Assembly (NCBI GenBank): GCA_965262615.1
Contig: OZ253545.1
Location: 928,001-992,000, forward strand
Direction: 5' to 3'
Length of the DNA stretch: 64,000 nt
Origin: Alphaproteobacteria bacterium
GTDB taxonomy: Bacteria > Pseudomonadota > Alphaproteobacteria > GM7ARS4 > G965262615
The position numbers and the translations under genes were made by a program. Below the pieces are notes generated by a model, which had not been told where the DNA came from, made no database searches, and saw only the letters and a program-made list of their open reading frames with translations. This document shows, piece after piece, positions 1 through 9,382 of the stretch (its first letter is position 1; each line of letters starts with the position of its first letter).

Positions 1-232
1 CGCCGTGAATAGCGGGATGCAGGGTTTTGACTCTGCCATCCAAGAGCGGTTTCATGGCGGTGACATCTTCAATGGTGCGATGAGGGATATGGGCGTTCGC
101 GAGGCTTTGAGCCGTTCCTCCCGAAGCGATCAACTCAATGTTTCGCTCACGCAGTTCTTTGGCTAATTTTACCAATCCATTTTTATCCGACACTGACAGC
201 AGGGCATAACGGGGTTCAGTTAGCTCACTCAC
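1..232 (-). CDS. purH: Bifunctional purine biosynthesis protein PurH, N-terminal part (runs off the window start)
   Basis: Hand translation from GTG 232: ...RYALLSVSDKNGLVKLAKEL...LIASGGTA...LDGRVKTLHPAIHG, the PurH IMP-cyclohydrolase/MGS-like N-terminus. The start overlaps the bamE stop (GTGA). Confidence 0.93.
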   Translation of the reverse strand, partial: MSELTEPRYALLSVSDKNGLVKLAKELRERNIELIASGGTAQSLANAHIPHRTIEDVTAMKPLLDGRVKTLHPAIHG

Positions 233-675
233 TGGGGCGCGCCTCCGGGGATTGTTCCTGGCAGTCGTGCGCCACTTTCCAGCAATTGATCAAAGAATGT
301 GAGTCCTTGTCCTTGCGAGGGTGTGATGCGTTCCACCATTTTCATGGGTCTGTTGTCTTCTTTGGTGTAGAGGAAGACATCTTTGACACGATTTTTGTCA
401 TCAAAGTCAAAGGCGAGGATGACTTGTTTGGTGGTTTCTGGGTCAAGGAAGGCGATGGTTTCCACTTCTCGGTAGACATAATACCATCGCTCATTATTGA
501 ATGCGGGGACATGAGAGGGCGAGCCCAAGACCTGTTGCACATCGGATTTATCGGATTTGCTGGGCGTGATGTCGGCAAGGCGGTCAGGATGAAACGGAAA
601 GCCCGCCACCCTGATATCACTTGTGCAATGGGTCACCAGCATTGCGCCGATACAAAGACAGAGCCACCGAGCCAT
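229..675 (-). CDS. bamE: Outer membrane protein assembly factor BamE (SmpA/OmlA family lipoprotein)
   Basis: Signal peptide with Cys followed by 'KSDVQQVLGSPS...WYYV...LAFDFDDKNRV'. Start chosen at ATG 675 (MARWL). Confidence 0.85.
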   Translation of the reverse strand: MARWLCLCIGAMLVTHCTSDIRVAGFPFHPDRLADITPSKSDKSDVQQVLGSPSHVPAFNNERWYYVYREVETIAFLDPETTKQVILAFDFDDKNRVKDVFLYTKEDNRPMKMVERITPSQGQGLTFFDQLLESGARLPGTIPGGAPQ

Positions 676-754
676 GAGAGCAACATGGTCTTTTCCGCTT
701 TCTTTGTCAAGAAATCTTGACCTCACGAGGCGCGCATGGTTGCATGACACGGAT

Positions 755-828
<74 letters not shown>

Positions 829-983
829 CTGGTCATCGGTGTGTGTGGGTGGCAAGAATGTGCCGCTTTCCAAACGCCATCCTTGTTTGACATGGTCGGG
901 GCAGTCACACCATGCGAGGGGAGAGGCGACAGGAAATTCCTTTTGCGCCACTTCCACAACGATGCGATCAAGAATGAGAGCTT

Positions 984-1625
984 TCATGCGTTGGCGTACC
1001 ATTCAAATTCCACATGTCCATTGATGACACCCGAGCCAATGGTCACTTGAATGGATGATTTGTTGGTGGTGTTGATTGTGCCACAGGCGAGTCCTCCGCC
1101 TCCGGGCGCGCCTCCTGTGACGGCATCACCTCCAAAGGCTCGCCCGGGAGATGATAATGTGCCTCCCAATGCCGAAGCGATTGAATCAACCGAGGTGGTG
1201 GTGGCACTGTTTCCTGATGCCCCATAGATTTTGTAATAGACGGTGCGCGGATTGCCATCCAAAGAGACGGTGCTGGTCTGGGTGACGATTTTGCGTATGG
1301 GCAGTCTGCCATTGGTAATATTTTGGATGGCTTTTTGCGTGGTGAGGGGTGTCATGATTTTGTTGCTCATTGTTCCTGCGATCGCCTCATGGGTGGTGGC
1401 GATGGGAAGCGTTTGGCTCGGAATTTTGCCTGAGCTGTTTAGTTGGACGAGATTATTGGCAAGCGTGCCCACACTCATTGCGGCGGTGGGTTGGAGCCAT
1501 GTGAGCAGGGCATTGAATTTATCAATCACGCCTGCGAGATCCACCAGCAGAGCTTTTTTGGGATCATTGCTACTGCTGGAGCAATTGGTTTTGCTGGCGG
1601 AAGAGGGTTTGGGCATGGCATCCAT
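984..1625 (-). CDS. Phage tail-fibre-like protein with glycine-rich C-terminal domain
   Basis: Motif ATTHEAIAGTMSNKIMTPLTTQKAI resembles tail-fibre repeats, followed by a Gly-rich segment (GGAPGGGG...VTIGSG...GHVEFEW). Start uncertain (1625 or 1649). Confidence 0.55.
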   Translation of the reverse strand: MDAMPKPSSASKTNCSSSSNDPKKALLVDLAGVIDKFNALLTWLQPTAAMSVGTLANNLVQLNSSGKIPSQTLPIATTHEAIAGTMSNKIMTPLTTQKAIQNITNGRLPIRKIVTQTSTVSLDGNPRTVYYKIYGASGNSATTTSVDSIASALGGTLSSPGRAFGGDAVTGGAPGGGGLACGTINTTNKSSIQVTIGSGVINGHVEFEWYANA

Positions 1626-1711
1626 GTGTGGTGGATGGGCTCGTCCCACAAGGCGTAAGGTTGCGCCGCCGTCAATTTAAATTCATCCATCCCACGAGGC
1701 AAGGGGTTTCA

Positions 1712-2041
1712 TCATTTCAAAATAAGTGTCACCAAGATTCCGCCAAGAAAAACAATCATCCCCACGGCGGCGCGATTGAAGGCATACAACATCTCATTTT
1801 TCGCCTTCTCAATTTTATGATCCATGGCTGCCATGGCTTGCTTGTTTTCAGCTTGATGTTCAGCGATTTTAGTTTCCAGTTTGGCGATTTGAGTCTTCAA
1901 CTTGGCGATGTCTTCCTTCGTGGCAAAATTCTTGCCTTGCTCTTTAAGGGTGGCAACATCCACCTTGAGAGCAACCACATCATCATGCAAGCCATTCGCA
2001 CCGCGATGTTCTGTTGGTTTTTGTCCCGTCTGTATTGTCAT
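1712..2041 (-). CDS. Coiled-coil protein with C-terminal TM helix (DUF1640/CCDC90-like)
   Basis: ATKEDI motif, heptad-pattern helix, hydrophobic C-terminus (AAVGMIVFLGGILVTLILK). Start chosen at ATG 2041. Confidence 0.6.
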   Translation of the reverse strand: MTIQTGQKPTEHRGANGLHDDVVALKVDVATLKEQGKNFATKEDIAKLKTQIAKLETKIAEHQAENKQAMAAMDHKIEKAKNEMLYAFNRAAVGMIVFLGGILVTLILK

Positions 2042-2073
2042 GATGATCAGAATATAGGAATTTGCAGGGTTTG

Positions 2074-2775
2074 TCAATGACGGGATGCTGTCAGAAGGTC
2101 AATCATGGCATTGGTGGTGGGGGTGTCGCTGATATGACAGTGTCGCCAGCCCAGAGGTGCGGCGATGGCTGCCACCGCATCACTGAGACAGCAACAGTCA
2201 TGATGGCGCAGACAGTCTTTGTCGGCAAGCAATGAGGCAAAAATTCCTGCGGTGCGCGGCGAATAAAATGTGACACAACACGGCTCTCGCGCTGTCAGAT
2301 GGGTCATGAGTTGCGGCGGCAGTGTGTCGGTGGGGTGGGCATCGTAGAGCACTTGTTGGCGCACCCTGAACCCCGCTTGCTCCAATCGCTCTTTGAGCAT
2401 GCCGCGATGATGACGCTGTGTGCCATGATAGAGCATCCCATCATCACGGGACGCATGACGCTCAATCAGCTCATAGAGCTCATCGCTGCTGCCGTGAGCG
2501 GTGCGAATATGGGTAAAATGCTGTTTTTCGGCTTGACGGCGGGTGGCATCACCCACCGCAAAAACCGGCAGAGCCCGTGTCTGATGAGGAAAGTAACGCA
2601 CGCCATTGGCACTGGTGAAAATAAGAGCCGATATGCCATCCAATGTAACAACGGGCGGCGGCGTGATGGCAGTGACGGTAAAAAGAGGCGCGTGAATGGC
2701 GGATAATCCCGCCTCATGAAATAATGAGACGGTGTGCTCGCCATCCGGTGAGGCGCGTGTGATGATGTGGCGCAT
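2074..2775 (-). CDS. hemD: Uroporphyrinogen-III synthase
   Basis: IITR start, LIFTSANGV, VFAVGDAT and FYSPRTA motifs. Directly downstream of hemC with TGATG overlap. Confidence 0.9.
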   Translation of the reverse strand: MRHIITRASPDGEHTVSLFHEAGLSAIHAPLFTVTAITPPPVVTLDGISALIFTSANGVRYFPHQTRALPVFAVGDATRRQAEKQHFTHIRTAHGSSDELYELIERHASRDDGMLYHGTQRHHRGMLKERLEQAGFRVRQQVLYDAHPTDTLPPQLMTHLTAREPCCVTFYSPRTAGIFASLLADKDCLRHHDCCCLSDAVAAIAAPLGWRHCHISDTPTTNAMIDLLTASRH

Positions 2776-3662
2776 CACAGACGCGCCTTCCATTGCTGCA
2801 CCAATTGCGTTGCCAGTTCCTCACAATGAGCGGGCGTTGTGACGGTGGCTTGGTGCGTGACGGCGATTTTCTGCCACAGAGTCATTTCAAGGCGCGTGGG
2901 TGTGAGCCATGAGGCATGCACGGCGATGGCGGTTTGGCAATCGGCATTGAGGGCGCGCAAAACGGCACGCTCACTCATCGCTGCAAGATAACTGGGCATG
3001 TGATTGAGACGGTTTAATACATGGATGGTGTCATTGTCGTCACGGCGGCACAGAACGCCAATGATGGCTTGGCAGGCGGCGGGCAGCATAACACTATGGA
3101 CAAGAGCAATGGCGTGGATGTCATCGGCGAGGGTGATGCCAAGACGCTTGAGTCCCGCCGCCGCCAAAATAATGCCGTCATAATCGTGCGCCCGTAATTG
3201 ATTGACGCGCGTCATCACATTGCCCCTGATATCACGCGCCGTGATGTGAGGGGCATGGTGGCGCAAAAAGGAGACACGCCTTGGAGATGATGTGCCAATG
3301 ACTGCGCCATGAGGCAGGGAGGCAAGGGAATGATAGACGCGCCTTGTCACCAGAACATCGCGAGCATCTTCTCGCTTTAGGCAACAGGCGAGAACAAGAT
3401 TTTTGGGCGGGTCAAAGGGCACATCCTTGAGAGAATGAGCGGCGCACTCAATCTCGTGCTTGATGAGAGCCTCATCCAATTGTTTGGTAAAGATTCCCTT
3501 GCCGCCGCTTGCCAGCTGGCGCACGGGGATGTGAGGGTTGTCATCGGCGAGGCTGCTGCGGGTGATGACGCGGCTTTCTTCGCCAATGGCGGCAAGAGCT
3601 TGTTGAAGCTGCTCGCTTTGAGCCATTGCCAGTGGGGATGCGCGACTGCCTATGCGTATCAT
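2775..3662 (-). CDS. hemC: Hydroxymethylbilane synthase (porphobilinogen deaminase)
   Basis: IRIGSRASPLA, GKGIFTKQL, HSLKDVP, GTSSPRR, IRGNVMTR, ILAAAGLKRL and cofactor Cys in ADCQ. Confidence 0.96.
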   Translation of the reverse strand: MIRIGSRASPLAMAQSEQLQQALAAIGEESRVITRSSLADDNPHIPVRQLASGGKGIFTKQLDEALIKHEIECAAHSLKDVPFDPPKNLVLACCLKREDARDVLVTRRVYHSLASLPHGAVIGTSSPRRVSFLRHHAPHITARDIRGNVMTRVNQLRAHDYDGIILAAAGLKRLGITLADDIHAIALVHSVMLPAACQAIIGVLCRRDDNDTIHVLNRLNHMPSYLAAMSERAVLRALNADCQTAIAVHASWLTPTRLEMTLWQKIAVTHQATVTTPAHCEELATQLVQQWKARL

Positions 3663-3704
3663 GACTTCAATTGAAGCCTATTGTCATTTAGGATGATGGT
3701 CAAG

Positions 3705-4769
3705 ATGACTTTATCAAAGCGCATCATTCTTGCCATTGAGACCAGCTGTGATGAGACGGCGGTGGCGTTGCTGAGTGAGGATGGTGAGGTTGTGCATCAT
3801 TGTTTGTATTCGCAAGAGATTCATGCGGCGTGGGGCGGGGTTGTGCCTGAGGCGGCGGCGCGCGCCCATGCGGAACGATTGCCATCTCAGTTGCGTCATG
3901 TTTTGCGCGAGGCACGGTGTGACATCACGCAGCTGGGCTGGATTGCCGCCACCGCAGGACCTGGCTTGATGGGAGGATTGATGGTGGGAGTCATGATGGC
4001 AAAGGCGATGGCGATGGCGTTGCGTGTGCCGTTTGTGGCGGTCAATCATTTGGAAGGACACCTGCTCAGTGCGCGCATTGAGAACAGGTGTCCGTGTCCC
4101 TATGGCATGTTGTTGGTGTCGGGAGGGCATACCGAATTGTGGCTGGTGGAGGATGTGGGGGTGTATCGTCATTGGGGCAGAAGTTTGGATGATGCGGCGG
4201 GGGAGGCTTTTGATAAAACCGCTCGCCTTTTGGGGCTCGCGTATCCGGGGGGGGCGTTGTTGGAGCAATGGGCGGCGCGCGGGCGTGCCTCTGATGCTCT
4301 GCCGCGCCCGCGCATTCGCGAGGATGATTGCGACTTTTCGTTTTCGGGGCTCAAAACCGCCGTTGCCCAATTGGTGGCGCGAGAGGAAAAAAACGGCACA
4401 TTATCCGACCAGCGCAAGTGTGACATCGCCGCCGCCGTGCAGGAGGCAATCTGTGATGTGATTGAAAATCGCTGCCGCCGTGCCATGACGCAATTATGTG
4501 ATGGCACAGGGCGCGTGTTTGCGGCGGCGGGCGGCGTGGCTGCCAATAAAATGCTGCGGCAACGATTGCAGGCGGCGGCGACGGACTATGGCTTGTCTTT
4601 TGTTGCACCCCCGAATCATTTATGCACCGACAATGCCATCATGATTGGCTGGGTGGTACGGGAGTATCTCAAAGCCGGCTTGGCGTTGCCCTCCGATTTG
4701 ACGCAAGAACCCCATCCCCGCTGGGCCATTGTCACGAACCGTAGGGAGGTGTCGGGTGTTGAGAAATAA
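3705..4769 (+). CDS. tsaD: tRNA N6-adenosine threonylcarbamoyltransferase TsaD
   Basis: ILAIETSCDET, GGVVPE, NHLEGH, LLVSGGHT, DDAAGEAFDK, FSFSGLKT and CTDNAIMI. Start uncertain (3693-3705). Confidence 0.97.
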   Translation: MTLSKRIILAIETSCDETAVALLSEDGEVVHHCLYSQEIHAAWGGVVPEAAARAHAERLPSQLRHVLREARCDITQLGWIAATAGPGLMGGLMVGVMMAKAMAMALRVPFVAVNHLEGHLLSARIENRCPCPYGMLLVSGGHTELWLVEDVGVYRHWGRSLDDAAGEAFDKTARLLGLAYPGGALLEQWAARGRASDALPRPRIREDDCDFSFSGLKTAVAQLVAREEKNGTLSDQRKCDIAAAVQEAICDVIENRCRRAMTQLCDGTGRVFAAAGGVAANKMLRQRLQAAATDYGLSFVAPPNHLCTDNAIMIGWVVREYLKAGLALPSDLTQEPHPRWAIVTNRREVSGVEK

Positions 4770-4823
4770 GACTTTGCTCTTTCTTGTGGTGGTCATTGTG
4801 ACGGCGGAAGTGATGCCTTGGCA

Positions 4824-5585
4824 TCACTCATCCAGCTCGTCCAAAAATTCTTGAGCATTGGTGTTCCCTTGCTGAGCAGATTGTCGCCACCATTCCACCG
4901 CCTTTTCCATATCCTGCGTCACTCCCTCACCATTGGCATACATCTCACCAAGATGTTCTTGGGCGTGGTCATCTCCTTGCTCAGCAGCTGTTTGCCACGA
5001 TTCTAACGCTTTTTGCCACAATTGTGCCGCCTTTTCTTTATCTTGCGTCACCCCATCACCTTTGGCATACAGCCTCCCAAGATAGTATTGGGCGTGGGTC
5101 TCATCTTGGTCGGCAGCTTTTTGATACCATTCCACCGCTTTTTCGTAATCCTGCGTGACCCCCTCACCTTTTTCATAACTCCACCCAAGATAGTATTGGG
5201 CATCGGCATCCCCTTGGTCGGCGGCTTTTTGATACCATTCCACCGCTTTTTTATAATCCTGCGCCACGCCATAACCGTTGTCATACATCACACCAAGATT
5301 GAATTGGGCTAAGTCATATCCTTGCTCGGCGGATTTTCGTGTCCAGAACACGGCTTTTTCATAATCCTGTGTCACCCCCTCACCGTGCAAATACATCCAC
5401 CCAAGCTGAGCTTGGGCAAAGGAATCGCCTTGCTCTGCGAGTTTGATCCATCGTTGCCCTTCTTCCGTTTCATCGGCATGAGCCACGCTCGTCATCCAAC
5501 CCGTATGAGCAATAAAGACAATGGCAAACAAAAACGCCGTGCGACCCACACGCATCGCCAATACATTTGCTTTATTCCAACCCAT
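4824..5585 (-). CDS. Secreted Sel1-like repeat protein
   Basis: Signal peptide then five 36-aa-type repeats (AQxxLGxMYxxGxGVxQDxxKAVxWYxKAAxQG). Start chosen at MGWNK. Confidence 0.92.
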   Translation of the reverse strand: MGWNKANVLAMRVGRTAFLFAIVFIAHTGWMTSVAHADETEEGQRWIKLAEQGDSFAQAQLGWMYLHGEGVTQDYEKAVFWTRKSAEQGYDLAQFNLGVMYDNGYGVAQDYKKAVEWYQKAADQGDADAQYYLGWSYEKGEGVTQDYEKAVEWYQKAADQDETHAQYYLGRLYAKGDGVTQDKEKAAQLWQKALESWQTAAEQGDDHAQEHLGEMYANGEGVTQDMEKAVEWWRQSAQQGNTNAQEFLDELDE

Positions 5586-5642
5586 CCCCTCATTGTATCC
5601 CACCGTCACATTTTTCACAACACGAAAGAGATGGCGATAGTA

Positions 5643-6164
5643 TCACTGGTTGTTTTCTAACTCTTCTAATTTCTTGAGAACTTCTATTGCATCTTCATCG
5701 CCTTGTTCGGCGGCTTTTGTGAGCCAATAGACGGCTTTTTCATCACTCTGTGTCACGCCTATCCCCTTGCCATACATCACCCCAAGATTGTATTGAGCTA
5801 TGGCATTCTCTTGCTCGGCGGCTTTTTTCCACCATTCCACAGCTTCCTCATCATCCTGCGTGACACCCATCCCATCCCTATACATCACTCCAAGATTGGC
5901 TTGGGCGAGGGCATTTCCTTGTTCGGCGGATTTTTTGAACCATTCCACGGCTTCTTTTTTATCCTGCGTCACACCTGTGCCAGTGTTATACATCACACCA
6001 AGATAGTTTTGGGCATCGGCATTCCCCTGTTCTGCCATCATTTTCAATTGTGATAAGTCATCCTCCGCCACCGCGCTCAAGGCAAAAAATGTCATGACAA
6101 TGGCGAACAAAAACGCCGTGCGACCCACACGCCCCGCCAATATCTTTGCTTTATTCCAATTCAT
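5643..6164 (-). CDS. Secreted Sel1-like repeat protein (paralogue of 4824-5585)
   Basis: Near-identical N-terminus (WNKA..RVGRTAFLFAIV) and three Sel1 repeats. Confidence 0.92.
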   Translation of the reverse strand: MNWNKAKILAGRVGRTAFLFAIVMTFFALSAVAEDDLSQLKMMAEQGNADAQNYLGVMYNTGTGVTQDKKEAVEWFKKSAEQGNALAQANLGVMYRDGMGVTQDDEEAVEWWKKAAEQENAIAQYNLGVMYGKGIGVTQSDEKAVYWLTKAAEQGDEDAIEVLKKLEELENNQ

Positions 6165-6310
6165 CCCCTCATTGTATCCCCCCGCTCGTGTTTTTTGCAA
6201 CACTTGGCGGCGAAGGATTCATTGGCACGGCGGCATCCTTTTAGATAATAATGCCACACTCTTTCCATGAGCACCCAGCTAGGAAATTAAACGGAAATTG
6301 TGAATATAAA

Positions 6311-6958
6311 TCACTTGCGCTCTGGACAGGGACAAGGATTTTGATTTTTAGGAATACCGATGTTTGTGTCCTTCCCTCCAAAATACCACCATGCAATAAA
6401 TGGAATCCTCATACCTACATACATAAGCACTTTTTTAACACAACCAACCCTGGAAGCTTTCAGTAAACAATAGCACAGATTGTCAGCAAAGGCTTTATAC
6501 TCTTTTCTCGCATGTTGTTTAGGATTAGCACCCTGATGAGCAAAAAGCTGCCAAGCAATATAGAGAAAATCATGCACAATTGTTGCCTCTAAATGTGGTC
6601 CAACTCTACCGATACCCAATAAAAAACGAAGGAGACGCGTCGGGATCGTTGCTAAATCTGTACACATGAGTGCAGGCACAATGACCTCATCATTACCTTT
6701 TTTACCGTTATCAAAGGTGTAATCATAGGTCACCCTATAATTTTTTGTGACAATATATAAAGCTTCCGAATTATTTCGGTTTTTGTGTTTCTTGTTCCTT
6801 CCCAAACAGAGATGATCTTTAAAAGATGCCCGCCGAATTTTAAATGTCTTATTTAAACAAGCTGTCGGATAGACACAATCGATAGTTTTATAAATCTTTT
6901 GGATGCCAGGGATACTATTCGGAATGATGCCCCCAGCCTTCACACTTTGATTGCTCAT
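6311..6958 (-). CDS. DUF1353-like protein (phage-associated family)
   Basis: VIVPALMCTDLATIP...HLEATIVHDFLY...AD motifs match the family pattern. AT-rich, with a GGAGG RBS. Confidence 0.65.
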   Translation of the reverse strand: MSNQSVKAGGIIPNSIPGIQKIYKTIDCVYPTACLNKTFKIRRASFKDHLCLGRNKKHKNRNNSEALYIVTKNYRVTYDYTFDNGKKGNDEVIVPALMCTDLATIPTRLLRFLLGIGRVGPHLEATIVHDFLYIAWQLFAHQGANPKQHARKEYKAFADNLCYCLLKASRVGCVKKVLMYVGMRIPFIAWWYFGGKDTNIGIPKNQNPCPCPERK

Positions 6959-7108
6959 GACCTACCTCCTATCTCTGAGACAGCGAAAAAGCTCCGAACT
7001 TAATTGCGAACATCGTGAGCTAAAATTTTTACAATTACAACCCGAGCTGTCAATAAAATATGTTACAGTGGGACAAATGGTGGGACGGAAAAGCTTGCAA
7101 GGCACTCA

Positions 7109-7136
7109 TGGTGGAGAGGGGATTCGAACCCTTGAT
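7109..7136 (-). other. Degenerate copy of a tRNA 3' end (att-like scar)
   Basis: TGGTGGAGAGGGGATTCGAACCCTTGAT resembles TGGCGGAGGGAGAGGGATTCGAACCCTCGAT at the tRNA-Ser 3' end (29044-29074), in the same orientation. No 5' tRNA half is present. Confidence 0.6.
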
Positions 7137-7229
7137 GTTGTCACATCGGCTTGACAAGAAGGGTTGCCAATGATGTGTGTTGGCATCATCCATAAACATT
7201 ATCACTTTTTGTGTCACTCATAAAGGGTT

Positions 7230-8372
7230 ATGAGTTTTCGGCAAAAAATGAGTCTTTTGTTTGTGAGCGTGTCTCTGATTCCCATGTCGTTGGTGGCATG
7301 GCTGGAGCTGCAGTCGTTGCATGATGTGGTGCGCTCGCTGGCATCCATGACCATGTCCGATGAAGCCACCCGCGCCGCCGCCTTTGATACCATTGCCCAT
7401 GTGGCGATTGTTCGCAATGGGGTGATTGCCGTGATTTTTGCTGTGGTGGTGCTGTTTGTGGCGCGCCGCTTGGCGAATTATGTCACCCGTCCCATTGTGG
7501 CACTGGCACGCACCGCCGACCAATTGACGCATGGCAACACCGACATCACCCTGCCGCCGCTGAGAGGCAGTGGTGAAATCGCCCAGCTCAATCGCTCCTT
7601 TGGCAAGATGGTGGTGACATTGCGTCTTCATGACACCCTCATGCGTAATCTTGATTTGGCGCGTGATGTGCAGCAATCCCTGTTGCCATCTTCCGCCGTG
7701 CATGGTGAGCATCATCAGATGGCGGGGCATGTTGTTTTTTGTGAGGCGGCGGGCGGCGATTATTATGACATCGTGACTCTCGGCGGCAGGCGATTGCTTG
7801 TCATTGCCGATGTGTCGGGACACGGGGTGGCGGCATCCTTAATCATGATGGCATTGAGCGGGCATTTGCGGGCGTTGGTGCGTCATCATGGGGAGGCGTT
7901 GGATTTGCCGTCTTTGCTGGGTCAGCTCAATCAGTATCTGGCGCAGTATGTGGCGCGTGATGGACATTTTGTCACCATGGCTCTTGTGCAATTGCTGGAG
8001 GACGGCAGATGGCAATGGGCGTGGGCGGGGCATCCGCCCGCTTTGGTGTATCGCAGCAAGCACAGGCGCATTGAGACTGTGGGGACGGGCGGCATTGCTC
8101 TGGGGGTCACGCCTCACGCCGTTTTTCCTGTGCAAACCCTTGAGCCTCTTGACCAAGACGATGTGCTGCTGCTGCTCACTGATGGCATCACCGAGGCTCA
8201 CAACGAAACGGGCGTGATGTTTGGCACACAAGGCGTGCGCCGATGCCTCATGCGCCATCACACCAAAGACGCTGAGACAATCGCCAAAGCCGTCATAGAC
8301 AATGCTCGCCGTTTCACGGGGCAAAAAAATCCCCAAGATGACATGACCGCTCTCGTCATGAAGGCGACTTGA
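7230..8372 (+). CDS. Membrane HAMP-domain PP2C/SpoIIE (RsbU-like) protein phosphatase
   Basis: Two TM helices, HAMP (TRPIVAL...EIAQL), GGDYYD, IADVSGHG, AGHPP, LLLTDGITE and QDDMT. Confidence 0.92.
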   Translation: MSFRQKMSLLFVSVSLIPMSLVAWLELQSLHDVVRSLASMTMSDEATRAAAFDTIAHVAIVRNGVIAVIFAVVVLFVARRLANYVTRPIVALARTADQLTHGNTDITLPPLRGSGEIAQLNRSFGKMVVTLRLHDTLMRNLDLARDVQQSLLPSSAVHGEHHQMAGHVVFCEAAGGDYYDIVTLGGRRLLVIADVSGHGVAASLIMMALSGHLRALVRHHGEALDLPSLLGQLNQYLAQYVARDGHFVTMALVQLLEDGRWQWAWAGHPPALVYRSKHRRIETVGTGGIALGVTPHAVFPVQTLEPLDQDDVLLLLTDGITEAHNETGVMFGTQGVRRCLMRHHTKDAETIAKAVIDNARRFTGQKNPQDDMTALVMKAT

Positions 8373-8396
8373 CAAAAAGGACAAAAAGACAATAAT
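8367..8396 (+). promoter_or_regulatory. Sigma70-like promoter of the Panacea TA operon, homologous to the array promoters at 33.7-36.7 kb
   Basis: ACTTGACAAAAAGGACAAAAAGACAATAAT: perfect TTGACA plus an AATAAT -10-like box. 27/30 identical to the minus-strand motif before the coiled-coil genes. Confidence 0.65.
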
Positions 8397-8416
8397 CAAA
8401 TAAGAGGGGTGATGAC

Positions 8417-8881
8417 ATGGCAAGTGTGTTTGATGTGGCGACTTACATTTTGGAGAAAACAGAGAGACTTTCCACATGGAAGTTGCAAAAACTCGTTTAT
8501 TATTCCCAAGCGTGGCACTCTGTGTGGAGCGACCAGCCTATGTTTAGAGCAAGAATAGAGGCATGGGAGAATGGTCCCGTTTGTCCTGAGCTCTATAAAG
8601 CTCACAGAGGGGAGTTCATCATTGATAGCCTGCCAAAGGGTGATTCGTCACAACTAAGCGATGATGAAAAAGATTCCATTGATAAGGTGGTGGAGACTTA
8701 CAATCATTACAATGGACAGCAATTGAGCCGTTTGACTCATGCCGAAGAGCCGTGGCAGCTGGCAAGACAAGGATTAGAGAAACGGCAGCGCGGTAGCAAA
8801 GAAATCACTTTGGAGTCTATGGCACGGTATTATGACTCCATTCTTGACGATGACGATGATGATGACAATCATCGCTCATAA
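8417..8881 (+). CDS. Panacea-domain (DUF4065/SocA/GepA-like) antitoxin
   Basis: KLQKLVYYSQAW, IEAWENGPVCPELY and LSRLTHAEEPW motifs, plus an acidic tail. Confidence 0.9.
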   Translation: MASVFDVATYILEKTERLSTWKLQKLVYYSQAWHSVWSDQPMFRARIEAWENGPVCPELYKAHRGEFIIDSLPKGDSSQLSDDEKDSIDKVVETYNHYNGQQLSRLTHAEEPWQLARQGLEKRQRGSKEITLESMARYYDSILDDDDDDDNHRS

Positions 8882-9372
8882 TGATGATGGCGAGGACAGG
8901 AAAAAAGGCTAAATCTCAGTCAAGATACCTCCGAAAAGGAATACCAACACGCAATAAACTTGGGAGTGCTGTTGGAGAGTCAGATCAATTTTTGTGGCGG
9001 TTGTCTGAAATGGATGATTGGTTGCTCAATGAGAATTCTAAAGAAAAGACGCTGGATTGGAATGATAAAGATGGCATGCATTTTAACAAGGTAATGAGGC
9101 GCATGAAAGAACTTGAGGCACTTGGTTGGAATCAATTAATCAGTGATGGAAAAAATCATCATTTCGTTCCCGTCAAAAATATGAACGAAAAAGCCTGCAA
9201 GCGTTGGAATGAAATTTACTATGAAAAAAGGAGATTTGATGCCACAAGTCTTTTTTCCCTCAAAATTGATAGGGTGAAAAGATTATTTGGCGTGAGAGAT
9301 GGCGGAATTTTCATCGTCATCTGGTATGACCCGTATCATCAAATTTGCCCTTCGGCGAAAAAGAACACATAG
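8881..9372 (+). CDS. Putative toxin partner of the Panacea antitoxin (possibly RelE-like fold)
   Basis: Coupled to the antitoxin (TAATG overlap). C-terminal LFSLKI..RLFGVRDGGIFIVIWYDPYHQICPS is a pattern often seen next to Panacea genes. Confidence 0.6.
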   Translation: MMMARTGKKAKSQSRYLRKGIPTRNKLGSAVGESDQFLWRLSEMDDWLLNENSKEKTLDWNDKDGMHFNKVMRRMKELEALGWNQLISDGKNHHFVPVKNMNEKACKRWNEIYYEKRRFDATSLFSLKIDRVKRLFGVRDGGIFIVIWYDPYHQICPSAKKNT

Positions 9373-9382
9373 CAAGTTTTTC

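Noticed and set aside
1640-1711. IS200/IS605-like end or short direct repeat (TCCCAC(A/G)AGGC)
   Set aside because: The resemblance is weak and there is no tnpA or tnpB nearby.
7109-7136. Functional tRNA
   Set aside because: Only a damaged T-arm/acceptor fragment is present, with no D-arm or anticodon arm.
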